Positions 29,693 through 41,382 are shown, counted from the first letter of the stretch. The stretch is 64,000 nt of DNA from Sedimentisphaerales bacterium (GCA_963708075.1 OY970194.1:6048001-6112000); one strand, 5' to 3'. The notes: generated by a model not told the origin, from the letters alone. Made by a program: numbers and translations.

Positions 29693-32600
29693 TTATCTTC
29701 GTTGGGATGCAGGAGATGCCGTTTCTCCAGTGGACTTGGGGGGCTGTCGGCGGGAGTCATCGGGCAATTGCAGGACGAACTCCTTGCCGGCGTCTTCTGC
29801 GCCGCCGACCTGGTAGGGCACATCGTCCTCGGCATAGATCGGTCCCCGTCTGTTGAAATCGGTCACACGGAACTTGCCTGCGGAGTGAGCCGGCAGGCTC
29901 ACTGTGACAGAGCCGGTGCCAAGCCTGGGATGTATCAACGTCCGCTGAAAACCGCTCTCGAAGATGCACGCGACGTACGCGTCCGGAGCGAGGTTGCCCT
30001 TGTTATCGACGACCTTCACGACGACTCGTACGCCGGGCGGGAACTTGACCCGGCCCAGATCCAGGACCTGGCCCTGTTTGAGCGTGACGGTCCCGAGATA
30101 GGCCGGAGCCAGAGTTAGTTCGCGAGAGGACATGGTCAATGTGAGCTTCGCGTCGGCCGGGACGTAGAGGCTCTGTGTGGCATTCGGCTGCAGACTCCGC
30201 GTGTAGAACAGGCTGATATCGGGGGTCCCCGGAGGTCTGGCCATGAAGTCGTCCTTCCAGGGCGGCTTGGCACCGGGCGGAGAGGTCCAGTCAAACCAGA
30301 CGTCCTGTATTCCGTTGCCATAGCCTGGGTCGGAGACGACCGGATGAATGAGCACCTTCGCGGCGGGGACCAGCTTCATCAGCGGTACGTTAGCCACGCC
30401 ATTCGCATCCGGCTCAAGCCATCGGCGCTCCCGCCCATCGAATCCGCGGCCTTCGGGAAACACAGTGAATTCAAGCGATTGTTCGAGGCCGAGGAAATCC
30501 GGTGCAACGGCCAGGAGCGAATTCCACGAAGATTCGAGGTTCTCGCTTCACAGGCAGCGTGAATCGCCCGTCTTCATCGCTTTGCGTCACATGAATGATC
30601 TTTTGCCAGGTATCCTCTCCCGGACGCGCAAAGATGCTCTTGATCGGCGCCAGCGCTGGGTGGGCCGGATCGATCCGCGGTCCCAGGGCACGTATGGCGG
30701 CCCACTGTTCGCTGGTCAGGCAGGCGGGGTCGTATTCCGGCGTCCCTTCCGCGCAAGATGACGACACTGGCAACGGGTTGACCGGTGATGGCATGGACGA
30801 CTCGTCCTGTGTATATGACATCGGCTTTCTCGATTCTGTTGGGGCGGAATGTGAACACTGTGGACGGATCGTTGACCTCCACCGGCTCGAAAGTGTAGAG
30901 CTTGCGATCCCATTCGGCCTCGGCGTAATATGTCCCCGCCATGAACTCCCGTTCCTCCGAGGGCTCATCATATGGGCGTACGCCCATCATAGTTCGACCG
31001 GGAGTTCTGATCTCAATCGTGACAGCCTTCAGCCGGTTCGGATCGGTCACTGGACCTTCTTCGTCATGGAAGATCATCGTGGGAAATTGGTGAGTCTTGT
31101 CCTCCGGCCGCAATAGCTTGATCGTTCCCACGTCTATGGCCCCATCGTGGCCGCGCCGCATGGGGAATGAGTCTATCCGACCTGTACGACCGTCGGACAC
31201 TGTTGCGCTGAAGTAGCTCATGTACGAACTCCAGCCGAGGCCCGATACGAAGGTGAATTGAAAGACCCCGTTGGCGTCGGTCACAATTGCTCGGTTAGAG
31301 TCCTGGTAGAGGAGTTGGGGCGATGCGGCGGCGGTCTCCCGGGCCGCCCAATCGCGTAACTGTCGCCACCAGTCGTTCGTCTGGGAAGGTGGGTCCGCTG
31401 GTGAGTAGGTGCGGTAGGTTTCGACGAAAACGCCGGGCATCGGCTCGCCTGTATGTCCGTCCACGACCCGCCCGCGATAGATGATTGGCTTGGGCGCCTT
31501 GACCACGATAGCTGTTGGGCTGTCGGTGGTCAGAACGACGTCGGCGAACTTGAAGTGTTCGCCCCATCGTGCGCTGGTGGCTTGCAGCACACCCTGGGGC
31601 AGGGCAACGCCGTCCTTCCACTGTTCGTATCTGAGTTGGCGCCACGGCCGATCATCTCGCATGAGAGTCAATCGGATGTTCTTGAGCTCGTCCAGGCTCG
31701 TGACCGGGCCTTCGGCGTACTCGAAGGAGAACGTGTGAAAGTACTCCTGTGCGTCCATGGCTGTCAGGACGACCGTTTGTTTCGTCCCTGCCTGAATGAC
31801 AATCGGTGTGTCCTTACCCGCCTGACGCAGGTTTGACGCCAGGGGCGGCTCGATCTCCAGGTAATACCGGGTGCCGGCCGGTGGCAAGCCCTGCAACTCA
31901 AGCTCTTCCGTCATCATCGGCGAGCAGATTGTAAACTGCCCATTGGCGTCGGTGACCACACGGCTGCGCAGAACTGAAGGATACACGTCGTTTCCGTCGG
32001 ACCAGATTAGTCTGGGGCATTCGATCAGCGCATCCGGGACGGGCTTGCCGTTATTGTCCACCACGTTCCCCTGCGCAAATAGTGAGAGTTTCTGGGAATT
32101 GCGTGGCGCCAGCGGAAGGACGTATATGCCTGATGGGTGATCGCCGTCCATGTACTCCACGATAGCGGCACCATAGTCAGGGTGCTCGATCTTGATGGTA
32201 AACGGTCTTCCCATCCGCCGCGGCGCTTGACCCTTGTCGTCCAAGGTGGCCTTGTATGGCATGATGGCGTGCTCGGCTTGAGCTTCGATGGACGCGCCTG
32301 CCATGGGCCGTCCAAACGCGTCGACAAACGTCCACGATGGCGCGTAATCATAGTAGTTCCCTATGAGACTCGTCAACGGATAGCCCTTCTGATCAAACCC
32401 ACTGTAGAGGATGAAGATGAACTGATTCAGAACCCTGGCGACCTCCTTGTCGGTCTGATCCTCACCCTGGATGAGAACGAATGCCGACTTGGATATGGTT
32501 GGATATGCGGACTTGAGAGCACCGAGTTGGAGAACTCCATCGGCTACCGGGATGCTCACTGCTGTGTATTGCTCCGAATCGCTCCACGAGTCCGGGTAAA

Positions 32601-32739
32601 GACGCCCCTGGACATTGTGGCCGTTGAGCGCGTCATACAAATGCTGCTGGGCCTCGTCCTCCGGCGTGGGAGTCTCTGCCTGCCCAAAGGCGAACGCGGC
32701 TTGAATGACAATGACCGGGATGCACAATAGTCGTCTCAT
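29693..32739 (-). CDS. Large secreted protein with carboxypeptidase-regulatory-like repeats; two apparent +1 frameshifts (~30745 and ~30541)
   Basis: Signal peptide; repeated G.VVD..G.P...V....TD.NG.F modules continue across three consecutive reading frames (32739-30750, 30750-30540, 30540-29693). Confidence 0.7.
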
Positions 32740-32835
32740 ACAGGTAGCCTCTCACAATATGGAAAACTGGTGCCACTGTATCAAGGATGCCTAAACCGGG
32801 CAAGTTCATACACGACACGATGTGTCAGAAGGCAT

Positions 32836-34365
32836 CTATTCGGCAGCGGCGGGGCCTTCGGGGCATGGGGCGGGCTTCGATGAGAGGGCCTCGCGAAGGT
32901 GGGAGTGGCGGTAGCCGTAGGCGGCGTACACGGTGAGGCCGACGACGAGCCAGAGGCCGAAGCGAATCCACGAGGTCCGTGGAAGGTAGGCGATCATGCC
33001 CACGCAGGACAGCGCTCCGAGGGTGGGGATCAGGACGGGACCGAACGGTACACGGAAGGGGCGCGGGCGGTCAGGGGCTTTGAAGCGCAGGATCGAGACG
33101 CCGATACAGACCAGCAGGAAGGCGGAGAGTGTTCCGATATTCGTGAGGTCCACCATCTCGTCGATGTTCGAGACGCCGGCCAGGACTCCCACGCCGACGC
33201 CCGTCAGGATCGTCGCGACGTGTGGCGTGCGGAATCGCGGATGGACGCGAGCCAGCGACGCAGGCAGCAAACCGTCACGAGCCATGGCCATGAAGATCCT
33301 TGCCTGGCCGAGTTGAAAGACCAGCAGTACGGCCGTATGTGCGACGACCGAGCCAAAGGCCACGAGACCAATGATCGTATCGGACCGGCCGACGTGACGC
33401 AAGGCCACCGTCAGTGGCTCCGCCTGCTCGGATGCGTTCAGACTCTGCAGGACTGAGAACGGCACGAGGCCTGTAAAGACGACCGCGACCACTACGTAGA
33501 TGAGCGTGCTGACCACCAGGGATCCGAGAATCCCGATGGGCAGATCTCGCCCGGGTCGGCGTGTTTCCTCGGCGCAAGTCGAGACCGCATCGAATCCGAT
33601 ATAGGCGAAGAAGATGATCGCCGCTGCTGCCGCGATGCCACCGAATCCGTTCGGTGCGAAGGGGTGCCAGTTCTCGGGTTTGATGAAGCGAATTCCGACA
33701 AAGCAGAAGAGCCCCAGCACCAGGAGCTTGATGATCACCATGACGGCGGTGGCCCGCGCGGACTCGCGCACGCCCCAGACCAGGAGCACGGACAGAACGG
33801 CCACGATGCCGATGGCCAGCAGGTTGAACACGATGGGCACGCCGAACACGTGCGGAGCGCCGGCGATGACGTCCGGCATCTTCTGGGCCGCCGTGCGATA
33901 ATCGACGGTCAGCCAGGCGGGCAGGTTCAGGCCGAAGCCCGATAGGAGCGTGTTGAAGTAGTTGGCCCAGGAGATCGCGACGGCGACGTTGCCGATGGCG
34001 TATTCAAGGATCAGGTCCCACCCGATGATCCACGCGATCAGCTCGCCGAGCGTGGCGTAGGTAAAGGTGTAGGCCGAGCCGGACACGGGGACCAGCGAGG
34101 CCAGCTCCGCATAGCACAGTCCTGTGAAGGCGCACACGATTGCCGTCAGGACGAATGAGAGGATCAGGGCGGGACCGGCGCCCTGGCGGACCGTATCGCC
34201 GGCCGCCGCTGTCCCGATTGTTGCGAAGATGCCTGCACCGATCGTGGCGCCGATGCCCAGCGCGATCAGATCGATAGGCCCGAGGACCCTTCGAAGCGAG
34301 TGCCGGCGCTCCTGAGTCTCGGCGATCAGCCTCTCGACGGGTTTCGTGAGGAACAGTGAAGCCAT
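32836..34365 (-). CDS. APC-family amino acid permease
   Basis: GIGATIGAGIF, GSAYTFTY, GW.LILEY, FFAYIGFD, RDGLLP; many TM helices. Confidence 0.95.
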   Translation of the reverse strand: MASLFLTKPVERLIAETQERRHSLRRVLGPIDLIALGIGATIGAGIFATIGTAAAGDTVRQGAGPALILSFVLTAIVCAFTGLCYAELASLVPVSGSAYTFTYATLGELIAWIIGWDLILEYAIGNVAVAISWANYFNTLLSGFGLNLPAWLTVDYRTAAQKMPDVIAGAPHVFGVPIVFNLLAIGIVAVLSVLLVWGVRESARATAVMVIIKLLVLGLFCFVGIRFIKPENWHPFAPNGFGGIAAAAAIIFFAYIGFDAVSTCAEETRRPGRDLPIGILGSLVVSTLIYVVVAVVFTGLVPFSVLQSLNASEQAEPLTVALRHVGRSDTIIGLVAFGSVVAHTAVLLVFQLGQARIFMAMARDGLLPASLARVHPRFRTPHVATILTGVGVGVLAGVSNIDEMVDLTNIGTLSAFLLVCIGVSILRFKAPDRPRPFRVPFGPVLIPTLGALSCVGMIAYLPRTSWIRFGLWLVVGLTVYAAYGYRHSHLREALSSKPAPCPEGPAAAE

Positions 34366-34425
34366 GGGGCACGAGGGTAGCTGTACCCGGTCCATGTGTC
34401 AAGCGTCAATGCCTCGCGTTCCTGG

Positions 34426-35835
34426 TCAGTGGGTCAGGGGCTTGTTGAGATCGACAGGATATTTCTGCCAGGGGACGGCGCCGGACTTTGTGATGTGGTT
34501 TTGCAGGGCTTTGAAGAGCTTGGCGTACATCGGGTGCTTGCTGTCGAGCGGCTTCTCCTCCTTTGGATCATCCTTGAGGTTGTAGAGTTCGAGCGGCTCG
34601 AAGGGGCTGTTTTGCAGGAGCTTGAAGTCGCCTTGCCGGGCGGCGTAGTAGGCCCGGCCGCCGTAGCGATTCCCGCCTTCGCGACGGACCCAGAACAGGA
34701 CGCGATCCTCCTCACGTTGATCGCTGCCCGTCAGAGTCGGCAGGATACTCCGGCCGTCGATCTCGTGCTCGATCTTGACGCCCGCGGCTTCGCAGATCGT
34801 GGGGAACAGGTCCATTGTCAGCGCGACACGGTCGCTGCGCGAGCCTGCCTTGATCCGGCCGGGCCAGACGGCGCACATTGGCTCGCGGATGCCGCCTTCG
34901 TACATGTCGCCCTTGCCCGCCCGCAACGGACCATTGCTCGCGCCGAGATTGATCTGGCCGCCATTGTCGGAGGTGAAGATCACGAACGTGTTGTCGGCCA
35001 AGCCGGCTTCCTTCAGCGTATCCACGACCTTGCCGATGCCGGCGTCGAGATGTTCGATCAAGGCCACGAGAGCAGATCGCTTGTCGCTGATCCCTTCTTC
35101 CCGCTGCTTGACGCGCTCGAGCCACTCCTGCGGCGGCTGGATCGGCGCGTGCGGAGCGTTATACGCCAGGTACAGAAAGAAGGGCTGCTTTTCGCGCGAC
35201 CGCTCACGGAGGTAGTCAACGGCCCACTGGGTGAACAGGTCCGTGGCGTGTCCCTCGGGGTCGATTTCCTTGTTGTCAAGGCGCATGTAGTTGAAGCCGT
35301 GGCGGCGATGGGTGTAATAGTCGTCCATCATGTCGCCGAGGAAGCCGTGGAAATGATCGAAGCCGCGTTCGTTGGGTATGTTCGGCGAGGCCAGACCCAG
35401 ATGCCATTTGCCGATGAGTGCCGTGTGATAGCCTGCCCGCTTGAGCAGTTGCGGCAGCAGAATCGCCTGCGGGAGCAGGTAGCCCCAGTTGTCGGCGATG
35501 TGCGTTCGGATCACACCCGGCACGCCGACGAGATCCGGGAACCGCCCGGTCAGCAGCGACGCCCGCGTCGGCGAGCACACAGGGCAGTTCGCATAGAAAC
35601 GCTCGAATCGCATCCCGGCCGCGATCAGCCCATCGATATTCGGCGTCTTCAAGTCTGTCGCCCCGTAGGCAGACAGATCGCCATATCCAAGATCGTCCGC
35701 GAGAATCACAACGACATTCGATTTGCTGCTCGCGTTCTGTCCCATCGCGGTCAGCCCGCGCGGCAGACTCATCACTGCCGCGCCGAGCCCGGCCATCTTG
35801 AGAAAATCGCGTCGTGTGCCGTCGAACCCAATCAT
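34426..35835 (-). CDS. Sulfatase (Cys-type), Tat-exported
   Basis: TRRDFLK Tat motif; ADDLGYGD, CSPTRASLLTGR, GKWHLG, SDNG. Confidence 0.95.
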   Translation of the reverse strand: MIGFDGTRRDFLKMAGLGAAVMSLPRGLTAMGQNASSKSNVVVILADDLGYGDLSAYGATDLKTPNIDGLIAAGMRFERFYANCPVCSPTRASLLTGRFPDLVGVPGVIRTHIADNWGYLLPQAILLPQLLKRAGYHTALIGKWHLGLASPNIPNERGFDHFHGFLGDMMDDYYTHRRHGFNYMRLDNKEIDPEGHATDLFTQWAVDYLRERSREKQPFFLYLAYNAPHAPIQPPQEWLERVKQREEGISDKRSALVALIEHLDAGIGKVVDTLKEAGLADNTFVIFTSDNGGQINLGASNGPLRAGKGDMYEGGIREPMCAVWPGRIKAGSRSDRVALTMDLFPTICEAAGVKIEHEIDGRSILPTLTGSDQREEDRVLFWVRREGGNRYGGRAYYAARQGDFKLLQNSPFEPLELYNLKDDPKEEKPLDSKHPMYAKLFKALQNHITKSGAVPWQKYPVDLNKPLTH

Positions 35836-38297
35836 GGTTCCCTCGCTTCGAGACTCATCGTCGTCGCCGCGACCTCATCGACAGCCTTTCGTGAGAGCGG
35901 AGCAGGGTGGAGTTTGCCCTGGCCCCAGAGTTCGTAGTTGCACAAGTGATATGGACTGTCCGGATGCTCCGACTGGCCGACGGGCAGGATGGACATCGAT
36001 TGGTCCACGTTGTCGAGCCGGACGTACTGGGTGTAGGACTGGGCCTTCTGCGAGAGGATCGTGCCGCCTTCGATGCACTGCAGGGCAGGCAGCGTGATAT
36101 CCCGCTGCTCGTCGAGCGAGCCAAAGCCGTCCAGCGTGGACATGTACTGCATCTTCGTCTCGATCAGTTCCTTCTTTGCCCGCTCATTCCACTGGTTCGG
36201 ATCGCTGCCGTAGGAGGCCGCGCCGTACCGCCACGCCGCTCGCACCATAAGGTTGACGTAGTCGGCCTCCTCGTCGGTCAGCGAGGCCTGTGGATTGGCC
36301 TTGATCCGCTCCCCGATCGTCTGGAGCATGCTGCACAGGCCGGAGAGACCGCCGCCGTATGTGAGCGCCGCGCTGAAGTTCTGCCGGAACGCCATCGGCA
36401 TCAGGTTGACGATCTCGGTTCCGGGAATCGACATCTCCAGCTTGCAGCCCTCGATCACCCAGGATTGGAGGTAGTCGAGCGCTTTGAGCGTGTCCTCTTC
36501 GAGCGGATACTTCTGGACGTCGCGGAGGTGGTAGCCGAGCTTGACAAGATCGCGCTTGATGGCGTTGACGGTATCGTAGTGGATGCTGAGCACATCCTCC
36601 GGCGTGAACTGCTCGACGGCCCGGACACGCTCCTTCAGTCGCCAGGAGCGGTCGGTGTCGCCGAGGCTGCCGGTCGAGATGCCCAGGGAGATCGGGTAGA
36701 ACGACGCGATGGGCCGATGGTTCGCGCTGACCAGCCAGCCCTGCTCCGGATTGATGACCTGGGGCAGCAGCTCGTCAGGCAAGATGCCTTGCCAGTCGTT
36801 GGCGCTGTCCCATCCTTCGTGGGTGGCCCGGTCGTCCAGCAGCGAATGGGCCGAGCGGACGGGCAGGGCGAGGATCGTCTTGAATCCGATGTTGCCCTTG
36901 CTGTCGCCGAAGACGCAATTCGCACTCGGGAAGCTCCAGCCGCCGAGCGCCTTTTGGAATTCGCGTGCATCGCCGGCCCGCATCATGTTCAGAATGCCTC
37001 GGAACGTATCGCGCTGGGGCTCGCAGATCGGGATGCGTTTCAGGGTCACTTCATCCCCGGGATGGACGCCTGTTGCGATGGATGTCACCACCGGGCCCAA
37101 AGAGGTCTGTCTGGCCGTCAGTGTCTGCGGCTGTGCATCTTTGACCTTGATGGTCTCTGTACGGACCTCCATATCGCGCCACTGCCCGTCGAGGAAATAC
37201 TGGTTGGGGTGGTTCGGGTCGGTCTTGAGGAGAAACAGGTCCGCCTGGTCGGCGCCGAGGGCGGTCAAACCCCAGGCGATGTTGGGCGTGAAGCCGATCA
37301 GGATGTTCGGACTGCCTGCGACACCGAGGCCGCGGGCGTTGAAGGTCTTGCCGGTGATGTGGAACTCGTACCAGAGCGAAGGATTACGCACGGGGGTCTG
37401 CGGATCGCTGATGAGCACCGTCGAGCCGGTCGTGGTCCTTTTGCCTCCGACGACCCAGGCATGGCTGAACCTCGGCCCCGGCCGCTGTGCGGCAGGCGTC
37501 ACATCCACCTTTCGTGTCACGCCGTGCGCAATCGCGTAATCCAGAACCTCCTGCACCCAGGCATCAGTGACATCACTGCGTTGGATCACCGATGCGTCGT
37601 CGCGTATCGGCATGCCCTGAGCGGCCCCGGCACTATCCGTCGGTGCGAACTGGCGGACCTGCCTGGCGCCTTCCTTGATCTGGTAGTAGGCCGTCATCTC
37701 GTTGAGACCATCGCCGGAGAAGAACAATCCAAGCCGCCACCACGAGGCGATGCAGTCGGTCGGCGTCCAAGACTCCGGCCGCAGGTCGTACTTGCCAAAG
37801 AGGTACAACAGGTCGTTCGGATGGCCGGCGATGTAGTCGTTGACGCCCCGGCAGTAGGCCTCCAGCAGTCCCCGCGTCTCAGGATCGAGCTGCCGGGCCG
37901 TTTCCTGGGCGGCTCGGTAATAGCCGATGGTCCGCATCTGAATGTCGCTGCGCAGGGCCGAGTTCTTACCCTGAGGCAGTTGGCGTGTGGCGCCGATCTT
38001 CACGTCGCCAATCACCTCCGCCAGCTTGCCCTGGATGATTCGCAGGTTGTAGTACATCTGAAAGGCCCGGTCCTCGGCCGTAGCGTAGCCGAGTCCGTAC
38101 AAGGCCCCGGCGTCACTCTTAGCAAAGACATGGGGTACACCCCATCGGTCCCGCAGCAACTCAATCTGCCCATAGTCGCCGGCCCCCGCCGAGCGAATAG
38201 ACCGAGGATGGTTCTCTTTGCCCTCCGCCATCCTGCATCCGGCGAAGATCAGCGTGAGGATCAGAAGATTGGTCAGGAACGCGGACGCCACTCTCAT
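35832..38297 (-). CDS. Penicillin acylase-family Ntn hydrolase (lipoprotein)
   Basis: IFAGC lipobox; RDRWGVPHV, GLGYATAEDR, SHAWVVGG (nucleophile Ser), SANHR, GQSEHP.SPY. Confidence 0.9.
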   Translation of the reverse strand: MRVASAFLTNLLILTLIFAGCRMAEGKENHPRSIRSAGAGDYGQIELLRDRWGVPHVFAKSDAGALYGLGYATAEDRAFQMYYNLRIIQGKLAEVIGDVKIGATRQLPQGKNSALRSDIQMRTIGYYRAAQETARQLDPETRGLLEAYCRGVNDYIAGHPNDLLYLFGKYDLRPESWTPTDCIASWWRLGLFFSGDGLNEMTAYYQIKEGARQVRQFAPTDSAGAAQGMPIRDDASVIQRSDVTDAWVQEVLDYAIAHGVTRKVDVTPAAQRPGPRFSHAWVVGGKRTTTGSTVLISDPQTPVRNPSLWYEFHITGKTFNARGLGVAGSPNILIGFTPNIAWGLTALGADQADLFLLKTDPNHPNQYFLDGQWRDMEVRTETIKVKDAQPQTLTARQTSLGPVVTSIATGVHPGDEVTLKRIPICEPQRDTFRGILNMMRAGDAREFQKALGGWSFPSANCVFGDSKGNIGFKTILALPVRSAHSLLDDRATHEGWDSANDWQGILPDELLPQVINPEQGWLVSANHRPIASFYPISLGISTGSLGDTDRSWRLKERVRAVEQFTPEDVLSIHYDTVNAIKRDLVKLGYHLRDVQKYPLEEDTLKALDYLQSWVIEGCKLEMSIPGTEIVNLMPMAFRQNFSAALTYGGGLSGLCSMLQTIGERIKANPQASLTDEEADYVNLMVRAAWRYGAASYGSDPNQWNERAKKELIETKMQYMSTLDGFGSLDEQRDITLPALQCIEGGTILSQKAQSYTQYVRLDNVDQSMSILPVGQSEHPDSPYHLCNYELWGQGKLHPAPLSRKAVDEVAATTMSLEAREP

Positions 38298-38312
38298 GCA
38301 AACCTCCTATTG

Positions 38313-39041
38313 CTATGAAATTGTGCTGTCACTCGACTTGGAGTCATCATTGTCTCGTTTGTCGTATCCTGCACCGGCGACGAGAACGACGTATTCGCCT
38401 TTTGGGTTCTCTTCGGTGCCGGCAAGGAGCTCGGAGAGCCGGCCGCGACGCACTGACTCATAGATCTTCGTCAGCTCCTTGGCGACGGCGGCGGGGCGGT
38501 CGCCGAAGACGGCCAGCGCATCTTCCAGCAGCCGTCGCACGCGGAAGGGGCTCTCGTAGTAGATGAGCGTGTAGGGGGAGTCCTTGTCGGCTTCGAGGAA
38601 GTGACGTCGCTGGCCGCCCTTGTGCGGCGGGAAACCCCTGAATGTGAAACTGTGCACCGGCAGGCCCGAGAGCACCAGGGCGGTCACGAACGCCGTCGGG
38701 CCGGGAATGGCCGTTACTTCGATGCCCGCTTCGATGGCTTGGCGCAGCAGCACGAAGCCGGGATCGGAGATGCCGGGCGTGCCTGCGCTGGTGACCACGG
38801 CCACCGACTTGCCTTCTTCGAGCAGGCGGATGATTCGCGGGGCCACCAGACGCTCTTTATGCTCGTAGTAGGCGATTTGCGGCTTTTGGATTTCGAAGTG
38901 CTTCAGCAGCAGCCCGGTCCTGCGCGTATCCTCGCTGACGACATAATCGGCCCGGCGCAGCGTCTCCAGCGCCCGCAGCGTGATGTCACTGAGGTTCCCT
39001 ATCGGCGTCGCCACGAAATACAATGTGCCGGTCTGCGCCAT
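38313..39041 (-). CDS. rsmI: 16S rRNA (cytidine1402-2'-O)-methyltransferase
   Basis: [47 protein letters not shown]. Confidence 0.96.
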   Translation of the reverse strand: MAQTGTLYFVATPIGNLSDITLRALETLRRADYVVSEDTRRTGLLLKHFEIQKPQIAYYEHKERLVAPRIIRLLEEGKSVAVVTSAGTPGISDPGFVLLRQAIEAGIEVTAIPGPTAFVTALVLSGLPVHSFTFRGFPPHKGGQRRHFLEADKDSPYTLIYYESPFRVRRLLEDALAVFGDRPAAVAKELTKIYESVRRGRLSELLAGTEENPKGEYVVLVAGAGYDKRDNDDSKSSDSTIS

Positions 39042-39042
39042 C

Positions 39043-39792
39043 TCATGCCTCCATTTCGCCAAGCTCGTAGAGGATGAGGGCGCAGGCGACCGTTGCCGCG
39101 GTCTCCGTCCGCAGGATGCGCGGGCCCAGGCCGACCCGGACGGCGCCCTTTTCACAGGCCAGAGCCACTTCCTCCTCCGTGAAGCCGCCTTCCGGACCGA
39201 TCATGACGGCGACCGAGGCGGGGGAACGCGTGATATCCTTCAAGGCGTCTCGTAATGTCGCGGCTCCCTCGGATGGTGCGGCGATGATACAGCGGTCATA
39301 GTCCCGCAGGCGGAGGACCGCCTGATCGAATGGGATGAGCGGTTCGAGTTGTGGAATGTGGCCGCGATGAGACTGCTCTGCTGCTTCCATGAGAATCCGC
39401 TGCCAGCGATCCAGCTTGTTCTCCTCGATGGTCTTCGTCCGCACGAGGCTGCGTTCTGTCAGAACGGGCACGAATTGTGTTACGCCCAGCTCCGTGCCCT
39501 TTTGGAGCACCCACTCGAATTTTTCTCGTGCCAGCAGGCTCTGAAACAGGGTGAGTTCCGCCCTTGGCTCGCCGCGTGCGCGATGCCTGCTCGTCACTTG
39601 CCCGGTGGTTTCTTTCCGGTCGACTGTCGTCAGAGTCACGTCGTACTCGGTTCCGCTGTCATCGAGCACAACGATGGTGTCGCCCGGCCTGAGCCGTAGC
39701 ACGTGGCAGACCTGGTGCGACTGCTCGGGGCTCAACTGAACCCGGTCGCCTTCGATGTCCGACGCCGAAATGAAGAAATGATTCGCACTCAC
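39043..39792 (-). CDS. rsmE: 16S rRNA (uracil1498-N3)-methyltransferase
   Basis: [38 protein letters not shown]. Confidence 0.97.
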   Translation of the reverse strand: MSANHFFISASDIEGDRVQLSPEQSHQVCHVLRLRPGDTIVVLDDSGTEYDVTLTTVDRKETTGQVTSRHRARGEPRAELTLFQSLLAREKFEWVLQKGTELGVTQFVPVLTERSLVRTKTIEENKLDRWQRILMEAAEQSHRGHIPQLEPLIPFDQAVLRLRDYDRCIIAAPSEGAATLRDALKDITRSPASVAVMIGPEGGFTEEEVALACEKGAVRVGLGPRILRTETAATVACALILYELGEMEA

Positions 39793-39799
39793 GGTTTTC

Positions 39800-39887
39800 T
39801 ATTTACGACTTACGATTTTCGATTTATGAATGGACCTTGCGGAATGCAGATCCGGCTCAATCATAAATCGTAAATGATAGATCGTAC
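39800..39887. repeat. Heptamer tandem-repeat palindrome (ATTTACG / CGTAAAT family)
   Basis: ATTTACG ACTTACG ATTTTCG ATTTATG...CATAAAT CGTAAAT GATAGAT. Confidence 0.8.
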
Positions 39888-39898
39888 AACATAATTCA

Positions 39899-40546
39899 AT
39901 GATTGACACCCTGTACGAAGACGACGATATCCTGGCGGTCAACAAGCCGGAAGGGCTGGTGGCGGTTCCGGAACGCCGGCGGCTGGACCAGTCGCTTTTT
40001 GAGATGCTCTGCGCCGAGCGGGGGGAGAAGCTCTACATCGTTCATCGCATCGACCGGGAAACCAGCGGCGTGATCGTCTTTGCCCGCAACGCAGAGGCCC
40101 ACCGGCAACTCAATCGCCAATTTGAAACCCGCTCGGTCGCAAAGGTGTACCTGGCCCTTGTTCACGGTGTTATTGGCGACGACCAGGGCGAGATTGATAA
40201 GCCGCTGCGGCAGTTCGGCTCCGGCCGGGTGGCTGTCGATGCCCAGCGCGGCAAGGCCAGCCTCACCGAGTTCCGCGTCCTGGAGCGATTGGAGGCGTTC
40301 ACGCTCGTTGATGTCCGCCCACACACCGGCCGCCGGCATCAAATCCGTGTGCACTTCTACAATATCGGCCACCCCATCGTCGGTGATCCCCTGTACGGTG
40401 ATAAAGCCATCCAGAGCCACTATCCGCGCCTCATGCTCCACGCCTGGCGCCTGACACTCGACCTATCCGCCGGCAAACGCATGACCGTTGAAGCTCCCGT
40501 CCCCAAATCCTTCAATCATGTTCTACAAACAGCCCCCAGAGAATAG
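39899..40546 (+). CDS. RluA-family pseudouridine synthase
   Basis: NKPEGL, HRIDRETSG, K.YLALV.G, TGRRHQIRVH, GDPLYG, LHA. Confidence 0.95.
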   Translation: MIDTLYEDDDILAVNKPEGLVAVPERRRLDQSLFEMLCAERGEKLYIVHRIDRETSGVIVFARNAEAHRQLNRQFETRSVAKVYLALVHGVIGDDQGEIDKPLRQFGSGRVAVDAQRGKASLTEFRVLERLEAFTLVDVRPHTGRRHQIRVHFYNIGHPIVGDPLYGDKAIQSHYPRLMLHAWRLTLDLSAGKRMTVEAPVPKSFNHVLQTAPRE

Positions 40547-40591
40547 ATCATTCGTATAGCGAGAGTGATCCGCCGCACAACAAACTGCTGC

Positions 40592-40620
40592 TTGACAAGG
40601 ATTTCGGAACAGCGTATATG
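40592..40620 (+). promoter_or_regulatory. sigma70-type promoter of efp
   Basis: TTGACA-N17-TATATG. Confidence 0.65.
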
Positions 40621-40764
40621 TATACGCCTGTCTATCCATTGTCGCATTGATGGTGTGGATGCGACATCTTTGTGCCGCGGTTGAGGATGGCCGCGGTTGT
40701 GCATGGCGGGAGCCGGCGTGTTGGGCACGTCGCCCCCGGATTGGAAGTCTGGGTTTGAGCTGAG

Positions 40765-41334
40765 GTGATTACTGTGAAAGCAAGTGAAATGCGGCCGGGG
40801 ATGGCCATTATCCTTGATGGTCAGTTGTGCATCTGCACGCAGGCGACCCACGTAACCCCTGGAAACCTCCGGGCGTTCGTGCAGGCGAAGCTGCGGCGTC
40901 TCTCCGATGGCATCATGATGGAGAAGCGTCTGCGATCCACGGAGGACGTGGAGGAGGCGTTCTTGGATAAGCGAGACATGGAGTATCTCTACTCGGACAA
41001 GAACTCGCACGTGTTCATGGACACCCAGACCTACGACCAGATAACGGTCTCCGAGGAACTGCTCGGCGATGCGATAAAGTACTTCAAGCCCAATACGCCC
41101 GTTACGGCCCTGCTGCACGAGGAGAGAATCGTCAGCATTGAGCTGCCCAAGGTTGTGGAGCTGGCGGTCACAGAGACCACGCCCCAGCCCAAGGGCGCCA
41201 CGGCCACGAACCAGATGAAAGACGCCACCCTGGAAACCGGCCTGCGGACCCGTGTGCCGCCGTTCATCGAGGTCGGCGAGGTCCTCCGCATCAACACCGA
41301 AGACGGCAGCTATCTCAGCCGAGCGAAGGGCTGA
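40765..41334 (+). CDS. efp: Elongation factor P
   Basis: HVTPGNLRAFVQAKL, MEYLY, FMD..TYDQ, K.ATLETG...VP.FI..GE. Confidence 0.96.
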   Translation: MITVKASEMRPGMAIILDGQLCICTQATHVTPGNLRAFVQAKLRRLSDGIMMEKRLRSTEDVEEAFLDKRDMEYLYSDKNSHVFMDTQTYDQITVSEELLGDAIKYFKPNTPVTALLHEERIVSIELPKVVELAVTETTPQPKGATATNQMKDATLETGLRTRVPPFIEVGEVLRINTEDGSYLSRAKG

Positions 41335-41382
41335 TGCTATCACCGACCATGGTTGCGGGCGATCATTTGGAGTTCTCTTGCT

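Noticed and set aside
34396..38318. Long + strand ORFs 34396-35937 and 35907-38318 (also 2157-3593, 3708-5072, 11402-12904, 18930-20123, 53125-54258)
   Set aside because: Antisense shadows of well-supported genes, expected in high-GC DNA; no recognisable motifs.
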